Shown: one piece after another, positions 1 to 16,009 of the stretch
Position numbering within the stretch: position 1 is the stretch's first letter
Layout: each line of letters opens with the position of its first letter
Source: the human T2T-CHM13v2.0 reference genome, Homo sapiens
Strand: one strand, 5' to 3'
Assembly (NCBI RefSeq): GCF_009914755.1
Contig: NC_060931.1
DNA length: 64,000 nt
The notes under the pieces: generated by a model
What the model was told of the DNA's origin: nothing
Seen by the model: the letters and a program-made list of their open reading frames with translations, nothing else
Database searches by the model: none
Translations under genes and position numbers: made by a program

Positions 1-101
1 GGCCAGGCTGGTCTCGAACTCCTGACCTCAGGTGGTCTGCCTGCCTCAGCCTCCCAAAGTGCTGGGATTAGAGGCGTGAGCCACTGGGCCTGGCCTACAG
101 G

Positions 102-1578
<1,477 letters not shown>

Positions 1579-1821
1579 TGAGACAGAATCTCGCTCTGTT
1601 GCCCAGGCTGGAGCACAGTGGTGCAGTCTCAGCTCAGTGCAACCTCTGCCTCCGGGTTTAAGTGATTCTCCTGCCTCAGCCTCCTGAGTAGCTGGGATCA
1701 CAGGTGCCTTCCACTATGCCCCGCTAATTTTTTGTATTTTTGGTAGAGACAGGGTTTCACCATGTTGGCCAGGCTGGTCTCTAACTTCTGACCTTGTGAT
1801 CTGCCCACCTCGGCCTCCTAA

Positions 1822-2311
<490 letters not shown>

Positions 2312-2878
2312 TGATTCTCTCACCTGGACCTCCCAAAGTGCTGGGATTACAGGCGTGAGCCACCTCGTCTGGTCCCACCAGTGATTTCTGATTCCTCAGT
2401 GTGACTGCAAGGCCAGTGAGCCCCAGGCCCTGAAGACATCACACAAACTGAAGCCTGGAGGTTTTTATGGCAGCCAAAGCTTGGCAATGGCTGATGGGAC
2501 AAGTGAGGGCCTTCCCTTCCTGATGTCCTGGGACCGCATATATCCAGGTCAGAGTGGGAGCTACAGGAAGGACTGACTGTGAGTTCTCTGCCAGCCTGCT
2601 GAGATGGCAAAGAATGGGAATGAAATTGACTGAAAGAAAATAAACATGGATGCTTGTTGCACGGATGTGGGTGAGGAGAGCCAGCCTGTATGGGGACATG
2701 GGGATGGAGACTGATGCTGGGGGGGTAGTGACACCAACTGGGTGGCAGCTGGCAGGCCCCTGGGCATCCACACTCCCCCTGCTCAGTTGGAGAGAAGCAA
2801 GAAAGCATAAAGGGAGGGAGGGAGGAAGGAAAAGAGGTGGGAGATGAGTGCTGTGGGTGAGCGCTGAAGCACACTTCA

Positions 2879-3251
<373 letters not shown>

Positions 3252-5447
3252 TCACCAGTGTGGCTGCTCCTGGCTCCACCCTGCCTCCTGCTCCCCAGGG
3301 GAGGGGACAGGTCAGAGAGGGGTGTGCCCTTCCAGGGGCCTGAGATGATCCAGACATGGGAGCTGGCAGGGAATGAGGGCTCCGGCAGGGCTGGGTCAGT
3401 AGGTACACCTGGCAATAGGGCAAAGATCTGGCAGCTGGACTTCTTGGGCTCTGAGAAGGCAAGAGATTAGTATCTGTGTGTGACAGGAGAGGGCGTGGCT
3501 GGTGTCCACCCATCCATGCTGGGAGACGTGGGAGAGATGGGGCGGGGACACAGGGCAGGAGAGAGGCCAGGCCTGGGGCCTCTGTGCCGGGAGGGATAAT
3601 ACGATCTCTGAGTCACCCCGAAATGGGGTGAGATGGTGCTGATGATCCCGGATTCCTTGGTTTTGTCCCTGGCTCTGTCACTGCTGACTCATGGGCTGCC
3701 GACCTAGGAGTCTCCTGGTCAGCGTGCGGGTTTCTCTCAGCCTCTTGGTGTGTCACAGAAGCAGACAGCTTCTCTGTAAACCGTCATCCTCAGGGGTGTG
3801 CCCGGCTTCTGGGTTCTGTGTTCTGGCATCCTCCGATATTCCAAGAGGAAGCAGGATAGGACGATCCCAGCTCCTTGCTCTGCCTACTGGTGACAAGACC
3901 TGTCCTGGCCTGGGACCAGGGGGGCTTCTCTGGGAGTCCTGGTTGGTCCTGAGACAGGGACACCCTCCCAGTGAAGCCCTACCTCCTCTGTCCTCCATCA
4001 CCCAGCCCACAGCAAGGCCACCCTCCTGACTCTCCCTCCAATTAACCCAAGCTCCTGGGTTGCGCCCTTGAGGCCCACACCGATGCTCCCAACTTACTTT
4101 CCAGCCCTATTCCCTCACCTGTCTGGCTTCCGACTCCTCAAGTTGAGTTTTCCACAGATACTTCCTCCCCACACACACACCCGTTTTTGTTCCTGCTACT
4201 CTCCTTTTGCGAGAGCTCTCTCCTCTTCATAGGTCTCTAAGCTTTTACTCACCCTTCAGGTCTCCTCTCCACCTGCCACCTCCTCCAGGAATCCTGCCTG
4301 GTGTGCCCCAGGTAGAGTTGATTTTTCACTCTCCAGTGCTCACACAGAGCTTGTTTTCCCTGCGTGGGAGCTGTTTATTTAAATTCAGGCTGGCCTGATT
4401 ACACCCTGATGAGCTCCATGCCAGCCCTGGGCCTGGCCCAGTGCGCTCAGCATGTCCTTCCAGAAAGAATGAAGGAATAAAAAAAGACGAAGAGTAATAA
4501 ATAGGAGAGTAGGGGTAGAGGATGAGCCCCAGAATCAGACATTAGGCAGGGTGTGGATACCAGTCTTGCCATTATTCTGGTGGCCCTGGAATGTCACATC
4601 AGTTCCCAGAGCCTTAGTTTTCTCATCTCTAAGATGGGAATGGGCTAGGCATGGTCACACCTGCAATCCCAGCACTTTGGAAGGCTGAGGCAGGAGGATC
4701 ACTTCTTGAGGCCAGGAGTTCGAGACCAGCCTGGGCATCATCGGGAGAACCTGTCTCTACAAAAAAATAAGAAGTTAGCTGGGTGTGGTGGTGCACACCT
4801 GTAGTCCCAGCTACACCAGAGGCTGAAGGTGGAGGTTTTCTTGAGCCCAGGAGTTTGAGGCTTCAGTGAGCTACGACTGTGCCACTGCATTGTAGCCTGG
4901 GTGACAGAGCGAGACTTCATGTCTTAAAAACAAAAACAAGAGAACAACAATGATGCCCCTGCACTGTTTTGCAGTGAGATAAAATGATTTCCTGTTATTC
5001 AATGTTATCCGAAGGCATTTAGGTTAGTGCCTGGCCCCGAAGCAGGTGCTCAAAACATGGTTTACTGGCTGGCTTGCTCCCTGAGAGGCCAGGGCAGAGG
5101 TGCCTGGCAGGAGGAGGCTGCCCTGAATGGGGAGAGGGAGGGGTGGGGCTGGAGAGGATTGACTCCTCCATCAGATTAGAGGGTCTTCAGGAATTCCACC
5201 GCCCTTAGGTCCTCTTCCTCCCTCGCCTCTGGGAAATTGGAGTAAAATCCAGTAGAGACAGGACTGCCCTGAAGTGAGGAGGCGGGAGCCGGAGGGAGTC
5301 GGGGAGGTGGGTGGGAAGGAGGGTTTATGGACCTCCCTGTGAAGTGGGGGAATGGCCTGTGAAGGGCTGGACAGCTGGGTAGGATGGTGGGAATGCTGAA
5401 GGTCACGGTAAATACGGGCTTGCTAATTATTTATTTATTAGAGATGA

Positions 5448-5784
<337 letters not shown>

Positions 5785-6203
5785 TAATTTAACAACGGTC
5801 CTCTAAGTCCTGTCCCCTGTGTAAGCCTCCTCCCCTTCACACAGTCATCTCTTCTGAGTCTCTCTAACTAAGCTCTCTCACCGAGTCCCCTCCCTTTGCT
5901 CAGCCCCTCTCCCCATCCTTGCCACCAGAAGTGCCAGACCCTGGGACTCCAGCCAGGAGGCATCAGTATGGTCTTTCTTCTCTTCCTTAGAAGAAACCCC
6001 AGAGGTGGCCACCGCCCCCACCCACGGCCCACGTGGTGCCCAACCTGGGGGCAGCACCCGCTCAGCCAGTCTCGCCAGACTGGTCAGCCAGGCCTGCCAT
6101 CACCCAGCACCAGGCCGAGGGGGTGGATGGTCCGCTGGTGTGGGCGGTCAGGCTGAGGGCCAGGGACTCTCCTGTTTAGCCTGGTGCCAGGACTCCAATC
6201 TGA

Positions 6204-6471
<268 letters not shown>

Positions 6472-6505
6472 TAGCCAGGATGGTCTCAATCTCCTGACCT
6501 CGTGA

Positions 6506-6739
<234 letters not shown>

Positions 6740-7088
6740 TAGTATAGACGGGGTTTCACCATGTTGGCCAGGCTGGTCTAGAACTCTTGGCCCAAGTGAT
6801 CCTTCCACCTCAGCTTCCTAAAGTGCTGGGATTACAGGTGTGAGCCACTGTGTCTGCCCTAGGAATCAATTTAATATACACTGGCTTCCCTGGCTTTAGT
6901 CTTCCTGTTCCCAGAAGACGTGGAGTACGGGCTCTGGGAGCTAGACTGCTCAGCTCACAGAGATCTTTTTGGCTGCAGGACAGTGGTCCATCACTGGCCC
7001 TGGGGCTCAGATGCCAGCGGGAGCTTGGGGTTAGAAGGGAGACTTTGTTTTTGCCCCTTTGCTAGGGACTCCCAGGGAGCTGAACTCA

Positions 7089-7376
<288 letters not shown>

Positions 7377-10300
7377 CTATAGCCTGGGTGACAGCGACAT
7401 TCCGTCTCAAAAAAAGAGAACAAAACAAAACAAAACAAAACAACTGGGGACTTGGCCAAGCCCCTGGAACTCTGGGGACAGGGGTCTGAAAAGTCCTAGC
7501 TCCCACCTGTTATGATCAGGATCCGAACTGCGCAGCAGCTGCTTTGCGTCCAGAACTTTGCTCCCTCCTCTTGTTATTAAACTTTTTGGCTCACAAAGCA
7601 TTTTTACTTCCTTCTCTCATTTCATGTGTATCTCAGACTGGGGAGTGGGCCCCAGTGTTCTCATTGTACAAAGGAGGAAGTTGGGGCTCAGAGATGGAAT
7701 TGGCTTCTCCAAGGTCACAGGGCTGGTAGGATGGCTTATGGATACACAGCTTCCCAGCTTTTGTCCTGAGCTTTTTGGCTCATGAAGCATTTTCACATCC
7801 CCATCTCATTTCACGTCTGTTTTTGTTTTTGATCCTGGAGGGGGTGCAACATCCTCATTTTTACAAAGGAGGAAGCTGTGGCTCAGAGATGGTTCCTGGG
7901 CTGGAAAGATGGTTTATGGGGTGGGCAGAGATGGGTGAGCTGATTTGGTGGTTTTTATCCTTGATAGAAACCAGCAGGTGTGGCCAGGCGCAGTGGCTCA
8001 CGCCTGCAATCCCAGCACTTTGGGAGGCCGAGGCGGGCAGATCATCTGAGGCTGGAAGTTTGAGACCAGCCTGGCCAACATGCTGAAACCCTGTCTCTAC
8101 TAAAACTACAAAAATTAGCTGGGCGTAGTGGTGTGCGCCTGTACTCCCAGCTACTCGGGAGGTTAAGCCATGAGAATTGCTTGAACCCGGGAAGTGGAGA
8201 CTGCAGTGAGCAGAGATCGTGTTGTCTCAAAACAAAAAACAAACAACAAAAACAACAAAAAACAACAACAAAAAACAAAAAAAAGCACGTGATCCAATTC
8301 TGTCAGCACAAAATCACACAGTGCATGTTATAAAGAAGAAAAAGAAAATAAATGAGTGCCAACCCTGTACTCTCTGACCCCAAAACCAAGGTGATGAATG
8401 GCAGATGTCTTATAAGGTGTTCCTGTAAAAGATCTTCGGGCTTTGGGAAGAGGGCCAGATGCAGGCCTAGAGGTAAATTTCCTTGTTTTCCTCTGCCTTA
8501 GGGCTATGGGAGCTGGAGCGGAGAGGAGAGAAGCACCTTGCCTTTGCTGGTGTTTTTCCCGCAGCAGGTGGGTGGGACTGAGCCAACGGTCTCTTGGCAT
8601 CAACAAAGCATCAACAAATCTCTCTCCAGCTCCACTTGTGCTGAGCTACTGGCTGATCCCCAAGGACATCCTTCTGGCCTCTCCTTCACACCTGGGTCCC
8701 CTAGCCCTGCGTGAGCTCTGTGCTTCTTCCCCTGCCCTGTGTCTGCTCTATGCCTGGAGCCTCTGTACCTGCCCTCTCCTCAACCCCCAACCCCTCCCTG
8801 CTCTCAGCTCCCGATACGCGTGGCTATGCCTGGCAGGGAAGGACAGCTTCTTAGTCACTTCTGTAGGGCCACAGGTGGACTGTTGTAGGGCTTGCATGCT
8901 CCCCTCCCCCATGCCTGCTTCTCCAAGTGGCACTTGGCTGTGTCCCAGGAAAGCAAGGGCAGGAAGTGGCAGGGCGGGGGCCGGGGGGGCAGGAGGCGGG
9001 CGGGGGGTTGGGGGGGGCAGGTTCTGGCCATCTGGCCAAGTCACGTGTCTACTCAGAAAGCTTGTTAAAGGCTACCTGGCTGGGACCACAGGTAAGAGGC
9101 ACCTGGGGAAGGAGGCACCCATGCTGGAGTGCCCACCCGTCCTGGGCAAGGCCCTGGCCTTCTCTGGGCTTCAGTGTACTCCTTTGAGCCAAGGCAATAA
9201 AAGTCCCTGCCCTGCTGACTGGCAGGAGGCTGTGATGAGGTCATCTCCAGGAAAGCACTTATCGCCAATCATGATGTTACTTATCTCTGGTGTTATTCAG
9301 CCCATAGGCTCTGTGTGTAGAGGGAGCCTTGTAAAGAAAGCCCCAGGGAGGCGTGGTCTGGGCAGAAACCATCTCTGTTTGCTTTGGTGTGTGTGCCTAT
9401 GATGGGGGTCAAGGTATAGGAGTGTGATTTGAAACTGGAGAATGCTTCGTTCTTTCCATCATCAAACATGTCTTTTTTTTTTCTTTTTTTTTAGATGGAG
9501 TCTCGCTCTATCACCCAGGCTGGAGTGCAATGGCGCGATCTCGGCTCACCGCAACCTCCATCTCCCAGGTTAAAGCGATTCTCCTGCCTCAGTCTCCTGA
9601 GTAGCTGTGATTACAGGCGTGCGCCATCACACCCAGCTAATTTTTGTATTTTTTAGTAGAGATGGGGTTTCACCATGTTGGCCTAACTCCTGACCTCGTG
9701 ATCCGCCCATCTTGGCCTCCGAAAGTACTGGGATTACAGGTGTGAGCCACTGCACCCGGCCCAAACATTTCTTTTTCTTTTCTTTTGAGACAGAGTCTTG
9801 CTCTGTTGCCCGTGGCTGGAGTGAAATGGTGCGATTATAGTTCACTGCAGCCTCAAACTCCTGGCCTTAAGCGATCCTCCCATCCTGGCCTCCCAAAGTG
9901 CTGGGATTATAGGCATGAGCCGCAGCAACCACTCCTCACATTTCTTGAGCATCTGTGATGTATCAAGCCAGATGCTGGGCACTGAGGTTGCAGAAGGCAT
10001 TGTTCCTGTCTTCTAGGAGCCCCAGGCTAGCAGGGAAGACGGATGTGTATAGAGTTAACCACAATACCAGGCCTCAACTTCCCGTCTGTAACACAGGTGG
10101 ACCATGCTAGATTGTCCCAGCCTGCCCTGTGCTTCATTAGCCGGTCAACAGATCCATCTCAAATACCTCCCATGGGTACTCACTGATTGCTTTAACCCAA
10201 ACCATGGCACTCTTGAAGACTTTCCCTCAGGAAGCTCAAGGACTATGCATCCTTCTGGGTCAGAACTGGACACACAGCCACCAGTGCTGGACAATGGCGG

Positions 10301-11719
10301 CGGCTCAGGGACACACTGGAGCCCTGGCCCCTGCAGAGCTCCCAGCATGGGTGGGAAGAGAGATGCAAAATGACCACACGGCGGGTGAGGAGGAGCTCCC
10401 TCGGTGCGGCTGGGATGAGCCCTAGACACTCTCAATCACCCCCACGATGACCCCTTCCCAGAGGTCCCCTCAGTCATCTGCCCTGAACCAAGCTCTTCCT
10501 GATCCTAGACCCTCCACCCTCCCTCTATCTTCCAGGGCTTGGTGACATTCCAGGCAGAAATTTCTGACCCTTTTACTTTGGTCCCTCCCTCCCCAGCCCA
10601 GTCTCTGGTCAAACTGGATTCCTGGCTGTTCCCAGAACGAGCTGCCTTTCCCCACCTTGCCACCTCTGCCCTTGTTCTCTCTGCCTGAATGTCCTCCTTC
10701 ACTAGCCTCGCTGCCTTGCACATCTCTCCTGAGGGCTGTCATCCCAGAATGAGCTGCATTTGTCCAGCCTGGCCCACCATCTACCAGAACGTCCTCCTTC
10801 AGCCTGTCCCACTGCCTTGCAAAACTTTTCTGGGGGACCTGTTCACAATGCCTTCTGTAGCATACTCCAAGAATCCGGCGCCCCCTGGAGTTGTGCCACA
10901 CAGCACCCCTTTGCAGTCAAGCTCCCTCAGCACCACCACCTCCACCCTGGAAGAGTTCCCCTTCCCTTTGAAATCTCATGGGACTTTGCACCCACTCTGG
11001 CTTTATTGGAAGGCTTTGTATGTCTCCACAGGGTAAACACCCATTTACTGGGGTGATGATGTCTCCAGGATCTAGTTCATGTTTGTCGTTGGTGACTGGC
11101 CCCACCCAGTTCTGGGCAAGCAGGCTGGATCCCGGCAGGAACAGAGCCCACCAGCCTAAACTTCCATGGAGGTGGAGAGGGGACAGGCTTCTGTCTCTTT
11201 TTGGCTGAAGGTGCATCATGTCCAAGGCCCCTCTTCTAGCCAAGCAGAGAAGCTGGGTGATAAGGATGGGTGAGAGTGGGTGATGTACCCCGGAGTCCTG
11301 GCCTCCCGGCTCCTCACTCCCCTACGCGTAACTTTATCCGGCCAATGCCGCAAAGACTGCTGGTGAGGCCAGATGCATGAGTGATCATACTCACAACAGT
11401 CGTGAAACTGCCAGTGATGAAACTGGTAAGGACAAGAAATGACAATAATCAAGGTGGGGTTTCTCGTGGACGTTTCCAAGACTTCATTCTCAAATTCTCT
11501 CCCTCAGGGTCCCCACCCTGTCCTCCCACCTAAGCCTGGAATGAGGGGGCACTGGCCTGTGGGGACCCTGGTCTTCAGGCTCCCAAACCTGGCTGGGTCT
11601 GGTTGCCCCCTGGCCTTAACCTGTGAACATCCAGCTGTCCCTGGGCTGTGATTCAGTGTCTGTCTCCTGGGTGACCTCAGCATGGGCTTTGAGGAAGGGG
11701 AGAGAGTAGTTTCTTCTGA

Positions 11720-11985
11720 GACTGGATAGTGACTCAGGGACCCAGGGCTGGGGCCTCAAAAGTGCCTTTGTTGGCCTGGGCTCAGGAATCCAGAGAAACT
11801 GGTCAGGAGGAGGCCCCAGTGACAAAAACCCCTCCCTCTGCCCCCGCCCCTCTGCCAGAGCCATATAACTGCTCAACCTGTCCCCGAGAGAGAGTGCCCT
11901 GGCAGCTGTCGGCTGGAAGGAACTGGTCTGCTCACACTTGCTGGCTTGCGCATCAGGACTGGCTTTATCTCCTGACTCACGGTGC
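11720..11985 (+). promoter_or_regulatory. CLDN4: CLDN4 core promoter (TSS inferred near 11890)
   Basis: GC box CCCCCGCCCC 11841-11850, TATA-like TATAA 11864-11868, AP-1 TGACTCA 11730-11736 and 11973-11979, GRHL-like AAACTGGTC 11796-11804, all just upstream of the CDS. Confidence 0.8.
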
Positions 11986-12096
11986 AAAGGTGCACTCTGC
12001 GAACGTTAAGTCCGTCCCCAGCGCTTGGAATCCTACGGCCCCCACAGCCGGATCCCCTCAGCCTTCCAGGTCCTCAACTCCCGCGGACGCTGAACA

Positions 12097-12726
12097 ATGG
12101 CCTCCATGGGGCTACAGGTAATGGGCATCGCGCTGGCCGTCCTGGGCTGGCTGGCCGTCATGCTGTGCTGCGCGCTGCCCATGTGGCGCGTGACGGCCTT
12201 CATCGGCAGCAACATTGTCACCTCGCAGACCATCTGGGAGGGCCTATGGATGAACTGCGTGGTGCAGAGCACCGGCCAGATGCAGTGCAAGGTGTACGAC
12301 TCGCTGCTGGCACTGCCGCAGGACCTGCAGGCGGCCCGCGCCCTCGTCATCATCAGCATCATCGTGGCTGCTCTGGGCGTGCTGCTGTCCGTGGTGGGGG
12401 GCAAGTGTACCAACTGCCTGGAGGATGAAAGCGCCAAGGCCAAGACCATGATCGTGGCGGGCGTGGTGTTCCTGTTGGCCGGCCTTATGGTGATAGTGCC
12501 GGTGTCCTGGACGGCCCACAACATCATCCAAGACTTCTACAATCCGCTGGTGGCCTCCGGGCAGAAGCGGGAGATGGGTGCCTCGCTCTACGTCGGCTGG
12601 GCCGCCTCCGGCCTGCTGCTCCTTGGCGGGGGGCTGCTTTGCTGCAACTGTCCACCCCGCACAGACAAGCCTTACTCCGCCAAGTATTCTGCTGCCCGCT
12701 CTGCTGCTGCCAGCAACTACGTGTAA
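12097..12726 (+). CDS. CLDN4: Claudin-4, single-exon CDS, 209 aa
   Basis: [13 protein letters not shown]...AASNYV with four hydrophobic segments, claudin W-GLW-C-C signature ([18 protein letters not shown]), ECL2 NPLVA motif and C-terminal YV PDZ-binding motif; good Kozak context (acaATGG). Confidence 0.99.
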   Translation: MASMGLQVMGIALAVLGWLAVMLCCALPMWRVTAFIGSNIVTSQTIWEGLWMNCVVQSTGQMQCKVYDSLLALPQDLQAARALVIISIIVAALGVLLSVVGGKCTNCLEDESAKAKTMIVAGVVFLLAGLMVIVPVSWTAHNIIQDFYNPLVASGQKREMGASLYVGWAASGLLLLGGGLLCCNCPPRTDKPYSAKYSAARSAAASNYV

Positions 12727-13556
12727 GGTGCCACGGCTCCACTCTGTTCCTCTCTGCTTTGTTCTTCCCTGGACTGAGCTCAGCGCAGGCTGTGACCCCA
12801 GGAGGGCCCTGCCACGGGCCACTGGCTGCTGGGGACTGGGGACTGGGCAGAGACTGAGCCAGGCAGGAAGGCAGCAGCCTTCAGCCTCTCTGGCCCACTC
12901 GGACAACTTCCCAAGGCCGCCTCCTGCTAGCAAGAACAGAGTCCACCCTCCTCTGGATATTGGGGAGGGACGGAAGTGACAGGGTGTGGTGGTGGAGTGG
13001 GGAGCTGGCTTCTGCTGGCCAGGATGGCTTAACCCTGACTTTGGGATCTGCCTGCATCGGTGTTGGCCACTGTCCCCATTTACATTTTCCCCACTCTGTC
13101 TGCCTGCATCTCCTCTGTTGCGGGTAGGCCTTGATATCACCTCTGGGACTGTGCCTTGCTCACCGAAACCCGCGCCCAGGAGTATGGCTGAGGCCTTGCC
13201 CACCCACCTGCCTGGGAAGTGCAGAGTGGATGGACGGGTTTAGAGGGGAGGGGCGAAGGTGCTGTAAACAGGTTTGGGCAGTGGTGGGGGAGGGGGCCAG
13301 AGAGGCGGCTCAGGTTGCCCAGCTCTGTGGCCTCAGGACTCTCTGCCTCACCCGCTTCAGCCCAGGGCCCCTGGAGACTGATCCCCTCTGAGTCCTCTGC
13401 CCCTTCCAAGGACACTAATGAGCCTGGGAGGGTGGCAGGGAGGAGGGGACAGCTTCACCCTTGGAAGTCCTGGGGTTTTTCCTCTTCCTTCTTTGTGGTT
13501 TCTGTTTTGTAATTTAAGAAGAGCTATTCATCACTGTAATTATTATTATTTTCTAC

Positions 13557-13562
13557 AATAAA
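13557..13562 (+). terminator. CLDN4: CLDN4 poly(A) signal AATAAA
   Basis: AATAAA about 830 nt after the stop, with an AU-rich stretch upstream and a U/GU-rich element (ttttattgtctct) downstream. Confidence 0.85.
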
Positions 13563-13871
13563 TGGGACCTGTGCACAGGAGGAAATTTTATTGTCTCTGA
13601 TTTCAACTGTGGAGGTGGGTGGGGAAGGGCTGGAGGCCTGGGTGCGGGGGTGGGGGGGGTCAGTCAGGGGCAGGACCACTGTGTTTTGGCCGGGACATAA
13701 ACACTTAAAAAAAAAAAAAAAAACGAGATCCAGGGAATTGTGAAAAATTGGAGCTGGGCCGGGTGCGATAGTGAGCACCTGCAATCCCAGCACTTTAAAA
13801 GGTCGAGGTGGGAGGATCGCTCGAGGCAGGAGTTTGAGACCAGCCTGGGGAACATAGTGGCACCATCTCTA

Positions 13872-14036
<165 letters not shown>

Positions 14037-14794
14037 TTAACGAAAAAAAAAAAAATCGAAACGGGCCTCCAAGGTATCACCTTAAAAAAGAAATTAAATG
14101 GGCCCCCAAGGTATCACCTTGTCCACTGTATATGGGTTGGAGGGTAAACCCATATACAGAAAACAGCGTATGCCCGGGACCCCGGTGAAGGGTTGGGGAC
14201 CCCAGGAGGGACGTCCCCACGTGGGCTCCCAGCTCCGAGGTATGGGCCACCTGCCACCCCCACCCCGCTGTTGTTGCAGCTTTGTCTGGGCAGCCAGGCT
14301 GGTCTGTTCCTCTTTGCTGAGTCACCCTACAGGTCCCCCTTCCCAGCCTTTGCACAGCCGGTCCCTGCTTCCAGCCTGGAATGTCCCTTTTCCCTTCTCC
14401 ACCCTTCTGGATCCTGCTCGTCCTGAAAGCCCAGCTCCCAGCCTCCTCCCCCATGAAGTCTTCCCATTCTCTTGGATGGAGAAATTATTATCAGCCCTGT
14501 TCACATCCCTGAGGTGCTGAGGGTCACCAAATGCCTTTCACCTGGAGGGCAGCCTTCAAGCCACGCCCAGAGCTCGGCATTCTGATCCCTTGATCGATGA
14601 GGAAACCAAGTGTGGCCCAGGCCCAGACCTACAGCTTGGGATTTTGGACTCCAAATTTGGGTGGGGGAGCTGTCCAGGACAGGACTTGGGCCTCAGCAAC
14701 CACTTGGGCTTGGCCTTGGCCTTGAGTCTCTGCCCTGCTACTGTTGTGCAAAGCATGTTCCAAGCTTGCTCAGGCTTCATTTTCTTGTCAGTAA

Positions 14795-15274
<480 letters not shown>

Positions 15275-15332
15275 TGATCCTCCCGCCTCGGCCTCCCAAA
15301 GTGTTAATTTTTACAATTTTTCTTTAAGATAG

Positions 15333-15587
<255 letters not shown>

Positions 15588-15634
15588 TAAGGCCACATGG
15601 AGTCAGGGGCCAGCTGGGGGCTGGGGGCTGGATC

Positions 15635-15894
15635 TCACTTCCTCAACCTGGGTCGCCTTCCACTTTCGGTACAGGTAGACAATGCCGGAGATGAAGCCAT
15701 CCTTGGCAGAGATGCCGGATACCACCACCAGCTCGGAGGTAGCCAGCTCCCAGCGGTCCACAGGCGGTCCACAGGCCAGGCCACCAGGCCTTCCCACATC
15801 CCAGCCTGCTCCAGCCTGTCCAGGGTGGCCTCCAGAGCCTCCTTGTATTGAAGGTTGGACCAGTTGGTCCTGGTGGTCAGACACACCAGCCCAC
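15635..15894 (-). CDS. METTL27: METTL27 last coding exon (GGLVCLTTRT...GRRPRLRK*)
   Basis: ccccag|GT acceptor at 15894, motif III KPGGLVCL across the junction; spliced exons total 245 aa. Confidence 0.95.
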
Positions 15895-16009
15895 CTGGGG
15901 GAGAGGGGTAGGTGAGGTGGGGGAGGGGCAGGAGCCACAGTCCTGGGCCATCTCTGCTGGGGATGGTTGTCCCTTCAAGGCAAGAAATTCGACTTAAAAG
16001 ATTGGGGAC

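Noticed and set aside
8443-9402. 319-aa ORF upstream of CLDN4
   Set aside because: Non-ATG start, GC-driven low-complexity composition, no recognisable family; the region is better explained as regulatory DNA.
12244-13203. 319-aa antisense ORF over CLDN4, plus overlapping ORFs 11982-12428 and 12033-12527
   Set aside because: Shadow frames of a GC-rich CDS and UTR; no recognisable domain.
15603-15938. Idea that alternative splicing restores the ancestral METTL27 frame
   Set aside because: Entering the last exon in that frame would scramble the conserved GGLVCL...PVDR segment, and skipping the 136-nt exon gives an early stop; only loss of the 11-bp copy restores the protein.
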